Of a stretch of DNA of 64,000 nucleotides, positions 1 to 9,904 are shown one piece after another (the first letter of the stretch is position 1; each line of letters begins with the position of its first letter). The notes below the pieces were generated by a model. That model saw only the letters and a program-made list of their open reading frames with translations, was not told the DNA's origin and did no database searches. A program made the position numbers and the translations under genes. The DNA comes from a virus. Lineage: Duplodnaviria; Caudoviricetes. The stretch spans positions 2,317 through 66,316 of the IMG/VR virus record IMGVR_UViG_2700989045_000001; one strand, given 5' to 3'.

Positions 1-72
1 GATGATTCTGGAAATCTTACTTTTAACTTCTTACGACCTGAGACAGGGCGTATATTTTAAAGGTAATAAAAC

Positions 73-933
73 ATGGCTTTAGAACAAGTATTAGGCTTTA
101 ACCTAAATGGCGAGAACGTAGCCTCACTATTAAACATCAAATCACTTACCCTTTCAGAAGCGGCAACGCAAGCTGAACAAGCAGTACGTTTCCAGGAATT
201 TAATGCAGAAGTTGATGCCTTGCAGGCCCAATTAGATGCTATTGATGCTTCACATCACAGTATCTCTGAGGTCCATGTGGATTCCGTAAGTGGCACCTTA
301 ACAGAAGCTTTAGCTCTTGCTACTTCTTATGATACAGGTACACATGCTTGGACGTTTCCAGACGGAACAGTGATTGGTGGTGGTGATGCAATTATCTTGC
401 AAGCTGCTACGGACCCAATGGACCGCTCTTGGATTCACACAGGCGGTACTGCTCAATCCGCTGCTGACTTCGAACGCCTAAGTTCAGATATTCAAGCTAT
501 TGTAAATGTGGGTGTAACTGCTGTTGCTGCTGCTTTACGTGATGGTGTTGTAGAAGCAGGTGATACACTTGCTAAACTATACACGTTAATCTTGTCTGTA
601 GAGGGTGTTGCTGACCAAGCGGCTGCTGATATTGCTGCTCTTGAAACAACTGTTAATGCACTTGCACTAGATGTAGCAGGTAAGGCTGATGTGTTTCACT
701 CCACTATCACCTTCGCACCAAGCGGCACATCAGGCATATATGAAGCGTCTGTTGCTAACCCAAGTGGCAATGCCGATGCAATTGTTGTATTGAAACAGGA
801 AGTTTCAACTGGCGTATACACTACTGTGGCCTCATCTGCTTACACTGATTTAGTGTCTACGGGTAACATTACAGTACGTACTATGTCACCTTCAATGAAC
901 GGCCAAACTTTTGACCTAGTAGTAGAAGGCTAA
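73..933 (+). CDS. virion structural protein (head/tail accessory, coiled-coil)
   Basis: 286-aa Ala-rich ORF with RBS in the late block, followed by a terminator; no family recognised. Confidence 0.6.
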   Translation: MALEQVLGFNLNGENVASLLNIKSLTLSEAATQAEQAVRFQEFNAEVDALQAQLDAIDASHHSISEVHVDSVSGTLTEALALATSYDTGTHAWTFPDGTVIGGGDAIILQAATDPMDRSWIHTGGTAQSAADFERLSSDIQAIVNVGVTAVAAALRDGVVEAGDTLAKLYTLILSVEGVADQAAADIAALETTVNALALDVAGKADVFHSTITFAPSGTSGIYEASVANPSGNADAIVVLKQEVSTGVYTTVASSAYTDLVSTGNITVRTMSPSMNGQTFDLVVEG

Positions 934-940
934 TCTATCA

Positions 941-973
941 GGGAGCTATGGGATTTCATGGTTCCCTTTATTT
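941..973 (+). terminator. intrinsic terminator
   Basis: GGGAGCTATG-loop-CATGGTTCCC hairpin followed by TTTATTT. Confidence 0.65.
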
Positions 974-976
974 CCC

Positions 977-997
977 AAATCAGACACTGTCGGATTT
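977..997. repeat. 21-bp dispersed palindrome copy 1
   Basis: AAATCAGACACTGTCGGATTT. Confidence 0.95.
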
Positions 998-1022
998 GAA
1001 CAAATCAATTAGGAATGAAGTA

Positions 1023-1253
1023 ATGGAAAATCAACATCGATTCATTAATGGCTACCGTGAGTTAAACGAACATGAGATAGCTGTGATGAACGACATCAAA
1101 CGACTAGGTAATTCCCTCGGGAACTTCCTAGAGAACCTAAAGCACAACCCTGACATCAAAATAGATGAACGGTGGTTATCAATCGGTATGACTCAGATTC
1201 AACAGGGCCTAATGGCTTCTGTACGAGCTGTGGCTCAACCTAGCACATTTTAA
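1023..1253 (+). CDS. acb2: anti-CBASS cyclic-oligonucleotide sponge, Acb2 family
   Basis: MENQHRFINGYRELNEHEI...RWLSIGMTQIQQGLMASVRAVAQPSTF matches the Acb2 pattern (NQH..I.GYR.L..EEI; RWL.I..T.IQ.G.MA..RA.AQP..F); start moved to ATG 1023 after AGGA. Confidence 0.88.
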   Translation: MENQHRFINGYRELNEHEIAVMNDIKRLGNSLGNFLENLKHNPDIKIDERWLSIGMTQIQQGLMASVRAVAQPSTF

Positions 1254-1267
1254 TTACGAGGTGTCCC

Positions 1268-1978
1268 GTGAGTATTACTTATCTAGATGTTGTAAATGCA
1301 GTCCTACGGGACACTAACGAAGTCCCTCTTAACACAACCAACTTTGCTAATGCACGGGGTTTCCATGCGTACCTTAAGGAAGCCGTGAATCGCTCCTTAA
1401 TGGATATGGCTAACTATACAGCCGAATGGCCTTGGTTGGCTAACCTAGTGTACAACCCTGAAGTCAGTGCACACTCTAATGAAATAGAGACAGATAGACG
1501 GGTGGCTATCTACGAGTTCCCTGAGGGAATCTCAGGGGTCGATTGGGATACCTTCGTATTAACCGATATGCGTGGTCGTGAGGCTAGTTCCCTAACTCCT
1601 ATTAGTTATGAAGAATGGGCACACTATGGTCATGCTGATGTATTAAGCAACCGTACAAATGAAGATATCGGTACACCTACTGTTATCTATCGTACCAAAG
1701 ATGGTAAAGGATTTGGCTTAAGTCCAGTACCTGATAAAGCCTATAGAATCCAATTTAACTCATGGGGTGCCCCGGCTCTCCTAGTGAACCCTACGGACCC
1801 TATCCCTTTCCCTGAACGTTACTACACAGTTCTAGTTCATAGAGCTCGTTATTATGCTTGGATGTTCCGTGAGAACGTAGACCAAGCCCGTATAGCTCGT
1901 GATGACTACTCTGATGGAATCAAGCGGATGCAAAGGGATTTAATTAAACCTATCTACACACGGATGAGGGCTGTATAA
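1268..1978 (+). CDS. head-tail adaptor / tail tubular protein A-like
   Basis: YLDVVNAVLR N-terminus, WPW motif, GLSPVPDKAY motif, position before the nozzle gene. Confidence 0.7.
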   Translation: MSITYLDVVNAVLRDTNEVPLNTTNFANARGFHAYLKEAVNRSLMDMANYTAEWPWLANLVYNPEVSAHSNEIETDRRVAIYEFPEGISGVDWDTFVLTDMRGREASSLTPISYEEWAHYGHADVLSNRTNEDIGTPTVIYRTKDGKGFGLSPVPDKAYRIQFNSWGAPALLVNPTDPIPFPERYYTVLVHRARYYAWMFRENVDQARIARDDYSDGIKRMQRDLIKPIYTRMRAV

Positions 1979-3537
1979 TGGCATTACAAACATTCTCTGT
2001 CCCTGCTGTTGGAGGGTTAGATTTAGTTAGTGCACCTCAGGTTCTCTCTCAGAAGCCCGGGGCTGCCTTAGTATTAAACAACTATGAAGCCTTAGCTGAA
2101 GGTGGATATCGAAGAATTAACGGAATGGTTCCCTATGGGGACATCCCGGATGTAATCTCTAAGGAAGTAATACGAGGCATAGCTTACTATAAAGGCATTG
2201 TGGCTGTGATAGGACAATATGTGCTTCACTCACCTGATGGGGCTACATGGAACGTAGTTAATAAAAAGAATGTGAGTAACACCTCATCTAAAGGTTTAAC
2301 AGCTTTAGACCTAATCCCTAGGATGGGCACAGGCCCTGTAGAGTTCACAGTGATTAACCAAGGGGATGTTGATGTAATAACAATCACTGATGATATGGAT
2401 GCTCCTGCTGAGCTTAAGGTAGTGGGTAATAGTTATACCTACACAATATCAGATAATGCTGATGTAGTAGGTTACAGATACAGTACTAAATATCAGGACC
2501 ACGTGGTTTATGCAGGTTCCCGTGGGAAGCCCGGTAGTATCGCTGTGAGTTCCAGATTTAAACCTTTGGACTTCACAAGTGCTGGTGCATGGGTAGCCCA
2601 AGTATCTGATGAGATAGTAGGACTCCACACATTCCGTGATTACCTATATATCTTCTGTAGAAACTCAATATATCGTGTGATTAACTTGGAGTCCCAGAAG
2701 GATGTAGCGATTCGCCCGGTAACCACCAAAGTGGGTTGTATTGATGGCCGCTCTATTCAAGAGATTGGTGGTGATATCTTATTCTTAGCTGATGATGGTC
2801 TGCGATATCTAGGTGCAACAGAACGTATTGATGACGTCTCCTTGAACCTTGTGAGTGCCTTAGTACGCCCATTGATAAACAGTGTAGCCCCTAATCAGGG
2901 CCCTGTTAGTTCAGTAGTTATACCAAGTAAAGCTCAATATCGTCTATTCTTCACTACTACTTTAGGTAAGAGGATAGGTCTCATTGGGACCTTAGGGGCC
3001 GATGGGCAATTCTCATGGTCAACAACTGATGACATGTGGGTAGATGCTTTAACCATGACAACTGAAGGTGAGGGAGAAACAGTCTATCATATAGGTTCAC
3101 CTACCACAGGTAATAAGAGAGTTTATTATCATGATAGAGGTAATCACTTTGACACCTCGGAAATCAAAGGTACATGGGCCGTCCCTCATTTCAACATGGG
3201 TGACTCAGCAGTTCGTAAGACCCTGCATTTCCTTGATGCTTACTTAGAGGCTGAAGATAAAGCGTCTATTGAACTAACTATCAAGTATGACCATGAGGAC
3301 CCTAAGGTGATGCAGCCTGAGGCTTTCTATCTAGAGCCTGTGGTACAAGCAGCTAGATACGGTGAAGCTATCTATGGACAAGCCACTTATGGAGCCATTA
3401 AGTTCCCATTGGATGACATATTCCTAGAGGGCTCAGGTAAATGGATGCAGCTAACATTTCAGGATAATGATGTAGATAATTCTCCTTATATTATTCGAGG
3501 GTATGACCTACAATTCACTCCTTCAGGAAGGATTTAA
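1978..3537 (+). CDS. tail nozzle / tail tubular protein B-like
   Basis: GGLDL N-terminus, beta-rich 519 aa, coupled to the adaptor gene. Confidence 0.7.
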   Translation: MALQTFSVPAVGGLDLVSAPQVLSQKPGAALVLNNYEALAEGGYRRINGMVPYGDIPDVISKEVIRGIAYYKGIVAVIGQYVLHSPDGATWNVVNKKNVSNTSSKGLTALDLIPRMGTGPVEFTVINQGDVDVITITDDMDAPAELKVVGNSYTYTISDNADVVGYRYSTKYQDHVVYAGSRGKPGSIAVSSRFKPLDFTSAGAWVAQVSDEIVGLHTFRDYLYIFCRNSIYRVINLESQKDVAIRPVTTKVGCIDGRSIQEIGGDILFLADDGLRYLGATERIDDVSLNLVSALVRPLINSVAPNQGPVSSVVIPSKAQYRLFFTTTLGKRIGLIGTLGADGQFSWSTTDDMWVDALTMTTEGEGETVYHIGSPTTGNKRVYYHDRGNHFDTSEIKGTWAVPHFNMGDSAVRKTLHFLDAYLEAEDKASIELTIKYDHEDPKVMQPEAFYLEPVVQAARYGEAIYGQATYGAIKFPLDDIFLEGSGKWMQLTFQDNDVDNSPYIIRGYDLQFTPSGRI

Positions 3538-3539
3538 TA

Positions 3540-3749
3540 ATGGCATATAACGTAACACCGGGTACTATCGTCAATGGTCGAATCATTGATGCAGTGGACC
3601 TATTAAATGAATTTACAGCAATCTCAATAGCCTCCAAGGATGCCGAGAGTAAAATTGAGGATGCCAAAGCGGCTGCTATACAGGACTCCAAGACCTACAC
3701 GGATACTACGTTAGCCGCTGAGACAATTATAGATGGAGGCACATTCTAA
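3540..3749 (+). CDS. small tail-fibre attachment protein
   Basis: G.IIDA..L..EF.AI motif typical of podoviral fibre N-termini; IDGGTF end. Confidence 0.5.
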   Translation: MAYNVTPGTIVNGRIIDAVDLLNEFTAISIASKDAESKIEDAKAAAIQDSKTYTDTTLAAETIIDGGTF

Positions 3750-4072
3750 TGGCCGCAGCTAATATGGCAATTGAACTTGACCAAAGTGCGTCATCTGTGA
3801 TGCAGTTTAAGTTCACAAAGGATGGTCAGAGCCTTGATATCTCTGACATTGAATTTCAAGGGTGGGTGAAGGCTTCACTCTACGACGAGGAAGGTTACCC
3901 TTTCCGCTTCGATAAGGTAGATGCTTTCACTGTTAATGTATACTTTGATGCTTCCGTAAGTTCCCAAGTGGACTTCAAGAAAGGTGTCTACGGTATCTAC
4001 ATGATTCAAGTGGATGGATTCACTACTCAATTAGTAAGTGGATTGGTCACAATTAATCTAGGAGTCCTATAA
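3749..4072 (+). CDS. tail fibre adaptor (BppU-like)
   Basis: 107 aa beta-rich, G.Y.I.M pattern, directly before the fibre gene. Confidence 0.5.
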   Translation: MAAANMAIELDQSASSVMQFKFTKDGQSLDISDIEFQGWVKASLYDEEGYPFRFDKVDAFTVNVYFDASVSSQVDFKKGVYGIYMIQVDGFTTQLVSGLVTINLGVL

Positions 4073-6708
4073 TGTTACAAGTTACATTTGATATTACTAC
4101 CGAGACTCCTGAATTGACCTTCTCTAATGTTGGTATTCCGGGTCCTCGGGGTCTTCAAGGTATCCAAGGGGAACCCGGTAAAGACTTTAAATACACAGAC
4201 TTTACACCTGAACAACTAGCGGCGCTTGTAGGGCCTCAGGGTAAAGAAGGGAAGGAAGGTAAGGAAGGTAAACAAGGAATTAAAGGGGATACAGGTAACA
4301 CTGGTCTTACTGGCCCTGTAGGTCCTAAATTCCTCTACACAGACTTCACTGATGATGATAAGAATGACTTACGTCAACCTTTACGTGATGAGTTCTCTCA
4401 GACTTTAGCGGATTCCCAAGCGGCTGCCAGCCAAGCGGCGGCATCTAGTGCTACAGCTCAAGGGGCCAGTTTAGTAACCACACAGGATAAACAGGCGGTC
4501 ACTCAGACCTTAGCTACCATCAATGCAGTTAAAGCTGATATTGATAATATCCAACAATCAATTGACCAGACCTCTATTCATATTGATAGTCAGGCGCAGG
4601 TTGTGGACACTCAACATTCTGATGTTGTAAGTGCGGCAGGTACAGTAAATACTAACTTAGGATTAGTGATTCAGTATAAAGATGAAGCTGCTGTATCTCG
4701 TCAGTCTGCCAGTCAGTCAGCACAGGACGCCCAAGCGGCTGCCCAAGTGGCCCAATCGGCTCTCGTGTATGAAGGTTTATGGGACCCTTCAACAGGTGTA
4801 TACCCTACAACTAACAACCGAAATGGTGTATGGAAAGTAGTGGGTGTAGGTACTGTAGGTGGTATAAACTACCAAACAGGTCAAGAGTTAATCTGGTATA
4901 AAGATACATCTTCATGGCAGCTTATCCCTTCATCTACCTTAATCACTGCTATTAACGGTTACCGTCAAGGTGACATTGTGCTAACAGCGGCTGATGTAGG
5001 TGCATTACCTTCAACTACCCAGTTGTTCTCAGGTGCCTATGGGGACCTATCGGGTAAACCTACGTCTTTCACCCCTTCAGCTCATACTCAAGGGTGGAGC
5101 ACAATTACAGGTAAGCCTACCACGGCTACCCGTTGGCCTACCTATGCGGAAGTTACAGGTAAACCTACGTTATTCTCAGGGAAATATGGGGACCTTACAG
5201 GAATCCCTACAACCTTCCCTTCAGATTGGGCTACTTTGACTAACAAGCCACCTTTCGCTACCCGTTGGCCTACCCCGGGAGAAGTTGGGGCCCTAACGGT
5301 AGCTCAGGCTGACGCTAAGTACTATAGTCCTGCTAATAAACCAGCATGGGCAGATGTAGCTGGTAATGCTTATGTCAGTGCTTCTAGTGGTGATTTAAAA
5401 GTAGGCAGTAACACTAACCTTAAAGCCTCTAGAACTGACAAAGGATTCTTACCTGCACAGGATGGGACTGGTAGTTCATCTACAAGTTACCTAGGGAGAC
5501 CTGATTGGTGGTTCAAAGAAGCTTGGGTTAATACCTATCGTGGTGGCGCTATTAATATTACAGATGGAGCTACTCTTGGGGGGACTCTGATTTCTAACCC
5601 GAGTTCAGCATCTACATACTCTTATCAACGTATGCCCACATATGCAACCGGAAGTAAAACACTCCTCCGTAAGTTCCGAGGTGGTTACGGCGATATGATT
5701 TGGCATGAAACTGTCCAAGGCGGCGCATATCGTTTAGCGATTGGTAATGAGGATTCAACTGAGTTTTTAAGACTGGAAGGGTCTGATGGTTATATTAGGG
5801 GACATCAGATTTATACAAAAGGTAACAAACCAACTGCTGCTGATGTAGGTGCATTATCTGTAGGAGGAGGGGTCATACATGGGACACTAGAACTTACTGA
5901 TAGTGGCACCTCTACTGCACGTACACGTCTAACTAATGCTAATGGTGTCTCATATTTACAGGTCGCAAAGGCTGATGGGAGCGCGGGTACTCTCCGTTTC
6001 TCAAAGTTAAATACATCTAATGACCCATTAAGTAGCATAGAAGCCTTCGTGGAAGCTAATAACTTCAAAATTAATGGTCACGAAGTGTACACTAGAGGGA
6101 ATAAGCCAAGCCCCGCTGATATTGGGGCATTACCTGCACAAGGTAAGGCAGTCGATTCAGATAAGTTAGCAGGTTTTGAGGTTAATTATTATGTAGTACC
6201 TAGCACTGTAGTTGTACGTAACGCTAATGGGGATGTAAACACACGGACTATTAATACAACCTTACAGACTCAATCGGAAATCGGTGAGGATACCGCAGGT
6301 ATTGCCTTCCGATTAAAAGATGGCCTCCTTCGGTTTGCCAATAAGACCGGGTTGATTAACTGGTTAGGTCGTGTTAATGACTCCACTAGATTCCTAGGGA
6401 AAACCTTGGATGAAGTCAAGACAGAAACACGTGCTGGACTTATCCCTGATACTCGTACTGTGAACGGTAAGCGTCTCAACGCGAACATCGTGGTAACCCA
6501 AGGGGATGTAGGGTTAGGCAACGTGGCTAACTTCGGCAACACCAACTCATATGCAGGTACATCAACGGCTCTATATGCAACCCAAAAGGCTGCCTATGAT
6601 GCTGCTGCTGCTCCTCGATTGGAAGCCGAACGTAAACGTAAAATAACTCACGGAACAGCAGCCCCTTCTGGTGGTGCTGATGGTGATATTTACCTTCAAT
6701 ATAAATAG
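4072..6708 (+). CDS. long tail fibre with collagen-like repeats
   Basis: GXY triplets, coiled coil, W..I.GKP and P.AADVGAL fibre repeats. Confidence 0.85.
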   Translation: MLQVTFDITTETPELTFSNVGIPGPRGLQGIQGEPGKDFKYTDFTPEQLAALVGPQGKEGKEGKEGKQGIKGDTGNTGLTGPVGPKFLYTDFTDDDKNDLRQPLRDEFSQTLADSQAAASQAAASSATAQGASLVTTQDKQAVTQTLATINAVKADIDNIQQSIDQTSIHIDSQAQVVDTQHSDVVSAAGTVNTNLGLVIQYKDEAAVSRQSASQSAQDAQAAAQVAQSALVYEGLWDPSTGVYPTTNNRNGVWKVVGVGTVGGINYQTGQELIWYKDTSSWQLIPSSTLITAINGYRQGDIVLTAADVGALPSTTQLFSGAYGDLSGKPTSFTPSAHTQGWSTITGKPTTATRWPTYAEVTGKPTLFSGKYGDLTGIPTTFPSDWATLTNKPPFATRWPTPGEVGALTVAQADAKYYSPANKPAWADVAGNAYVSASSGDLKVGSNTNLKASRTDKGFLPAQDGTGSSSTSYLGRPDWWFKEAWVNTYRGGAINITDGATLGGTLISNPSSASTYSYQRMPTYATGSKTLLRKFRGGYGDMIWHETVQGGAYRLAIGNEDSTEFLRLEGSDGYIRGHQIYTKGNKPTAADVGALSVGGGVIHGTLELTDSGTSTARTRLTNANGVSYLQVAKADGSAGTLRFSKLNTSNDPLSSIEAFVEANNFKINGHEVYTRGNKPSPADIGALPAQGKAVDSDKLAGFEVNYYVVPSTVVVRNANGDVNTRTINTTLQTQSEIGEDTAGIAFRLKDGLLRFANKTGLINWLGRVNDSTRFLGKTLDEVKTETRAGLIPDTRTVNGKRLNANIVVTQGDVGLGNVANFGNTNSYAGTSTALYATQKAAYDAAAAPRLEAERKRKITHGTAAPSGGADGDIYLQYK

Positions 6709-6715
6709 GTGATAA

Positions 6716-7759
6716 ATGGATATTAATGTTGGTGGGACTTGGAAAGCAACCAACCCACACGTTAATGTTGGTGGTACATGGAAGCCCGTCAGTATTGGAT
6801 GGGTAAACGTTGGGGGCACTTGGAGGAAGTATTTTACCTCTGAGTTCACCTATACGGTCCCTGCGAATATCGCTAACTTTAACTTATATAATACAATAGG
6901 GATTCCAGAGGCTGATGTTATTAACGTCATAGTCCCTGCTGGTGTCACTATCTATGCTACTTCAACCAGTACACCTGCCTTTAATATTGGTAATGCTTAT
7001 AATGGTAAGACAATAAACATTATCAACAAAGGTGGTATTTATGGTATGGGAGGAGGAGCCTCGGCTGGCGTAGGGGTCGCAGGTGGTACAGCTTTATACC
7101 TACGAACCCAGAACAAAGTAACCATCTTCAATGATGGTGTGATTGGTGGTGGCGGCGGTGGCGCCGGTAAAGGTGGTACAGGTGGTCCGGGCTATTACAC
7201 AACGCAATCGACTATAAGAGAACCATCAAGTGGTTCCTTTGACCCTAATGGTAGCATACAAGCTGGGTACTTTGGCGGCGGCGCAGACTTACTTATCAAT
7301 GGTAATAGGGTTGCACGTATCGAGGAACAATTTTCACGTGTACTTGCTAATGGTATGGTGTTTAATTATGGTGGATACATTTACTACACCTCTCAATATA
7401 CTGGTGCAGGTATAGGTGAATTAAAATGTAACTACATCTACCGAACCCGTGTTGTTACTAACACTATAAACACCAATGGTGGCGCAGGTGGTAACGGAGG
7501 TCGAGGCCAAGGTTACAACTCAGTTAACCAAGGAGGTGCCGGAGGTGCCGCAGGTGGTGCTAACGCTGGACGTGGGGGTACTGGTGGTACTGGTGGTACT
7601 TGGGGTCAACCGGGAGCTACTGGTAACACAGGCGCAGGTGGTAATCGAGGTGCTGGTTATGGTGGTTCCGCAGGTGGCCGTGCAGGTTACGCTATTGATG
7701 GTAACTCACTAACCATCGTGAAAACCGTAGGTTCCATCTTGGGTGGCCGTGTCAATTAA
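6716..7759 (+). CDS. receptor-binding adhesin, gp38-like glycine-rich
   Basis: Three NVGGTW[KR] repeats at the N-terminus and polyglycine motifs, directly after the fibre gene. Confidence 0.75.
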   Translation: MDINVGGTWKATNPHVNVGGTWKPVSIGWVNVGGTWRKYFTSEFTYTVPANIANFNLYNTIGIPEADVINVIVPAGVTIYATSTSTPAFNIGNAYNGKTINIINKGGIYGMGGGASAGVGVAGGTALYLRTQNKVTIFNDGVIGGGGGGAGKGGTGGPGYYTTQSTIREPSSGSFDPNGSIQAGYFGGGADLLINGNRVARIEEQFSRVLANGMVFNYGGYIYYTSQYTGAGIGELKCNYIYRTRVVTNTINTNGGAGGNGGRGQGYNSVNQGGAGGAAGGANAGRGGTGGTGGTWGQPGATGNTGAGGNRGAGYGGSAGGRAGYAIDGNSLTIVKTVGSILGGRVN

Positions 7760-7762
7760 TAC

Positions 7763-7783
7763 AAATCCGACAGTGTCTGATTT
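7763..7783. repeat. 21-bp dispersed palindrome copy 2
   Basis: AAATCCGACAGTGTCTGATTT. Confidence 0.95.
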
Positions 7784-7810
7784 CGCCGTCAGGCACTAAG
7801 GGAGATTCTA

Positions 7811-8563
7811 ATGGCAAATAAAGTCAAAACAATACAAGTTAAGAGAGGGACTAAAGCTAAGAGTGATGTGATTACTCATAAGCTTGCAGAACCTATCTTC
7901 ACCACCGATACAAAGGAATTGTATTTTGGTGACGGGGTGACTCCCGGTGGTATCCCAGTCGGTACTGTTAAGTCAACAGGTGTAGTCGTAGCAGACATGT
8001 TAGCTCTATTTAAGGACTCTACAGGGAAACTGCTATATGGACTCACTAAAGCCGATTTTCTACAAGGCTATGCTACTGAACAGCACGTTACTGACGCTAT
8101 TACTAATTCTGTTCCTACTATAAAAGTAAACAGAGCTACCTTAGCAGATACAGCAACTAATGCTGAGAAACTAAAGAACCGTGAGGATTGGTTGAATGTT
8201 GATAACTTAACCGCTTCGTATCAGGAAGATTCGACAAGTAAAGTAGTTACAGCGGCAGGTATTAAGTTGATGTGGGATACTATCAATGCAGGTAAAATAG
8301 CAGTGACCAGTATTACTTCTTCATTGACTGATACATCCGTTACTAAGGTACTCTCAGCAGCCGCAGGGAAAGCCCTGAAGGACGCACAGGATATCATTAA
8401 GACAACCGCTACCTCAGCTCTATCAACAGCTAATTCAGCTCTACAGAAAGCCACAGCTAATGGAGTACATCTAGGTAAATTACCTCCTAGTGTTACCAAA
8501 GGTACAGCAGCTCCTGTAAACGGGACAGGTGTTGATGGTGATGTTTATTTACAATACACCTAA
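7811..8563 (+). CDS. short tail fibre-like protein
   Basis: IQVKRG...EP.FTTDTKELYFGDGVT.GG N-terminal motif; LSAAAGKAL fibre repeat. Confidence 0.7.
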   Translation: MANKVKTIQVKRGTKAKSDVITHKLAEPIFTTDTKELYFGDGVTPGGIPVGTVKSTGVVVADMLALFKDSTGKLLYGLTKADFLQGYATEQHVTDAITNSVPTIKVNRATLADTATNAEKLKNREDWLNVDNLTASYQEDSTSKVVTAAGIKLMWDTINAGKIAVTSITSSLTDTSVTKVLSAAAGKALKDAQDIIKTTATSALSTANSALQKATANGVHLGKLPPSVTKGTAAPVNGTGVDGDVYLQYT

Positions 8564-8573
8564 GGAGTAAATC

Positions 8574-9875
8574 ATGGCTAAAGATTCAAAGAGTGAATCT
8601 AAAAGTTCCAAGGGGTCCTCAGGCTCCCGTGGTGGCTCTATGGGTGTAGGCTCAGGTAAAGGGGCCTCTACAGGTGGTATGGGCTCAGGTAGCTTCGGTG
8701 GTGCCTCATTAGGAGGTAACAAGAATGCAGGTTCTGGTGCATCCACTGGTGGTATGGGCTCAGGTAGCTTCGGTGGGGCTTCCCTAGGGGGTTCTAGTGG
8801 GAGAAGTAGTAAAGGCTCTGGTAACTCTAGTTATGGCTTATCCTCCCCTTCTAAACCTAGTTATAAAGACAACCCTAACTACCAAGCCCATATGGCTAAG
8901 GTTAATGCTGAACGTAAAGCAGAATCCCTAGCCCCTACAAGAGGCTCCACCGCTGACCTAGCATCTAGAGCTGCACGACAATCAGCTTATGAGGCAGGAC
9001 GAGCTACAACTCCCGGGAAGCCTAGAAGTGCTTGGGATAGTATCAGCTCAGCATTTACAGGTGCCTTTAGAGGTACTGAGGATACCGAGGGATTTGGTCC
9101 TGTAGGTGGCCCTAAGTCCTACGGGATGTCCAATAAAGCCTTTGATGCCACAGTGGGCTCCCGTAGACATGCCGCACGTAGCTTAGACCAACGATTGATG
9201 AGACAAGTAGATTACTTCAAGGAAGCCCCAATGGATTACATTAGTGACTTACTTAATAACCCTCTTATCTCAGGTGCAGCTATGTTAACAGGGGCTGGCC
9301 CTTTGGCCTTTGGTATTCAGGCATTAGATGCTGCAATGGATTATGCACAGAATGAAGCCACGGCAGGACAAGCTCTAGGTCAATTAGCTAGTGCAGGTAT
9401 CAGTTTCACACCCGCCGGGGCCGCCCTAGGGGAAGCCAAAGGTGTCGTTAAGGGGGCTATAGCTTCAGGTGTGAAAGGTGCAGTAACCTCAGGCTCTGCC
9501 TTAGCTGGTGCTAAAGTGGGAGGCGTGGTAGGTGCTGCTGTAGCTAGTGGGTTCATGGATAATCCTTATGCTTATGCTGCTACTGTTGCTGGTGTGAGTG
9601 CGCTAGGTGCCTATGGCGCCAAGAAGGCAGCTAAGTCAGTCATTAGTCAAGCGCCTTCAGGTACACCTACTAAGGCTGTAACAGGGATGTCACAGGAAAC
9701 TTCAAGTGATTCCCGGGAATCCCCATTGGTTGCCTCAGGTAAAGCCGCAGTGAAAACCTCGGAACGCCTAATGGAACAAACAGGCTCTACTAACTTATAC
9801 GCTAAAACAGTAGAACAATTACCTTACTATGGCGTAGATATTAATCAAAATAACATGCCTTATTATGGGGTCTAA
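8574..9875 (+). CDS. Gly/Ser-rich internal virion (ejection) protein
   Basis: Low-complexity N-terminus with duplicated GASTGGMGSGSFGGASLGG, hydrophobic Gly/Ala C-half. Confidence 0.55.
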   Translation: MAKDSKSESKSSKGSSGSRGGSMGVGSGKGASTGGMGSGSFGGASLGGNKNAGSGASTGGMGSGSFGGASLGGSSGRSSKGSGNSSYGLSSPSKPSYKDNPNYQAHMAKVNAERKAESLAPTRGSTADLASRAARQSAYEAGRATTPGKPRSAWDSISSAFTGAFRGTEDTEGFGPVGGPKSYGMSNKAFDATVGSRRHAARSLDQRLMRQVDYFKEAPMDYISDLLNNPLISGAAMLTGAGPLAFGIQALDAAMDYAQNEATAGQALGQLASAGISFTPAGAALGEAKGVVKGAIASGVKGAVTSGSALAGAKVGGVVGAAVASGFMDNPYAYAATVAGVSALGAYGAKKAAKSVISQAPSGTPTKAVTGMSQETSSDSRESPLVASGKAAVKTSERLMEQTGSTNLYAKTVEQLPYYGVDINQNNMPYYGV

Positions 9876-9904
9876 GGGTTCCTTAGGCTCCTAGGAGAAT
9901 CTAA

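Noticed and set aside
948-1022. N-terminal extensions of ORFs at 948, 46817, 48540 and 44402
   Set aside because: They run through terminators or palindromes; better RBS-linked starts lie downstream.
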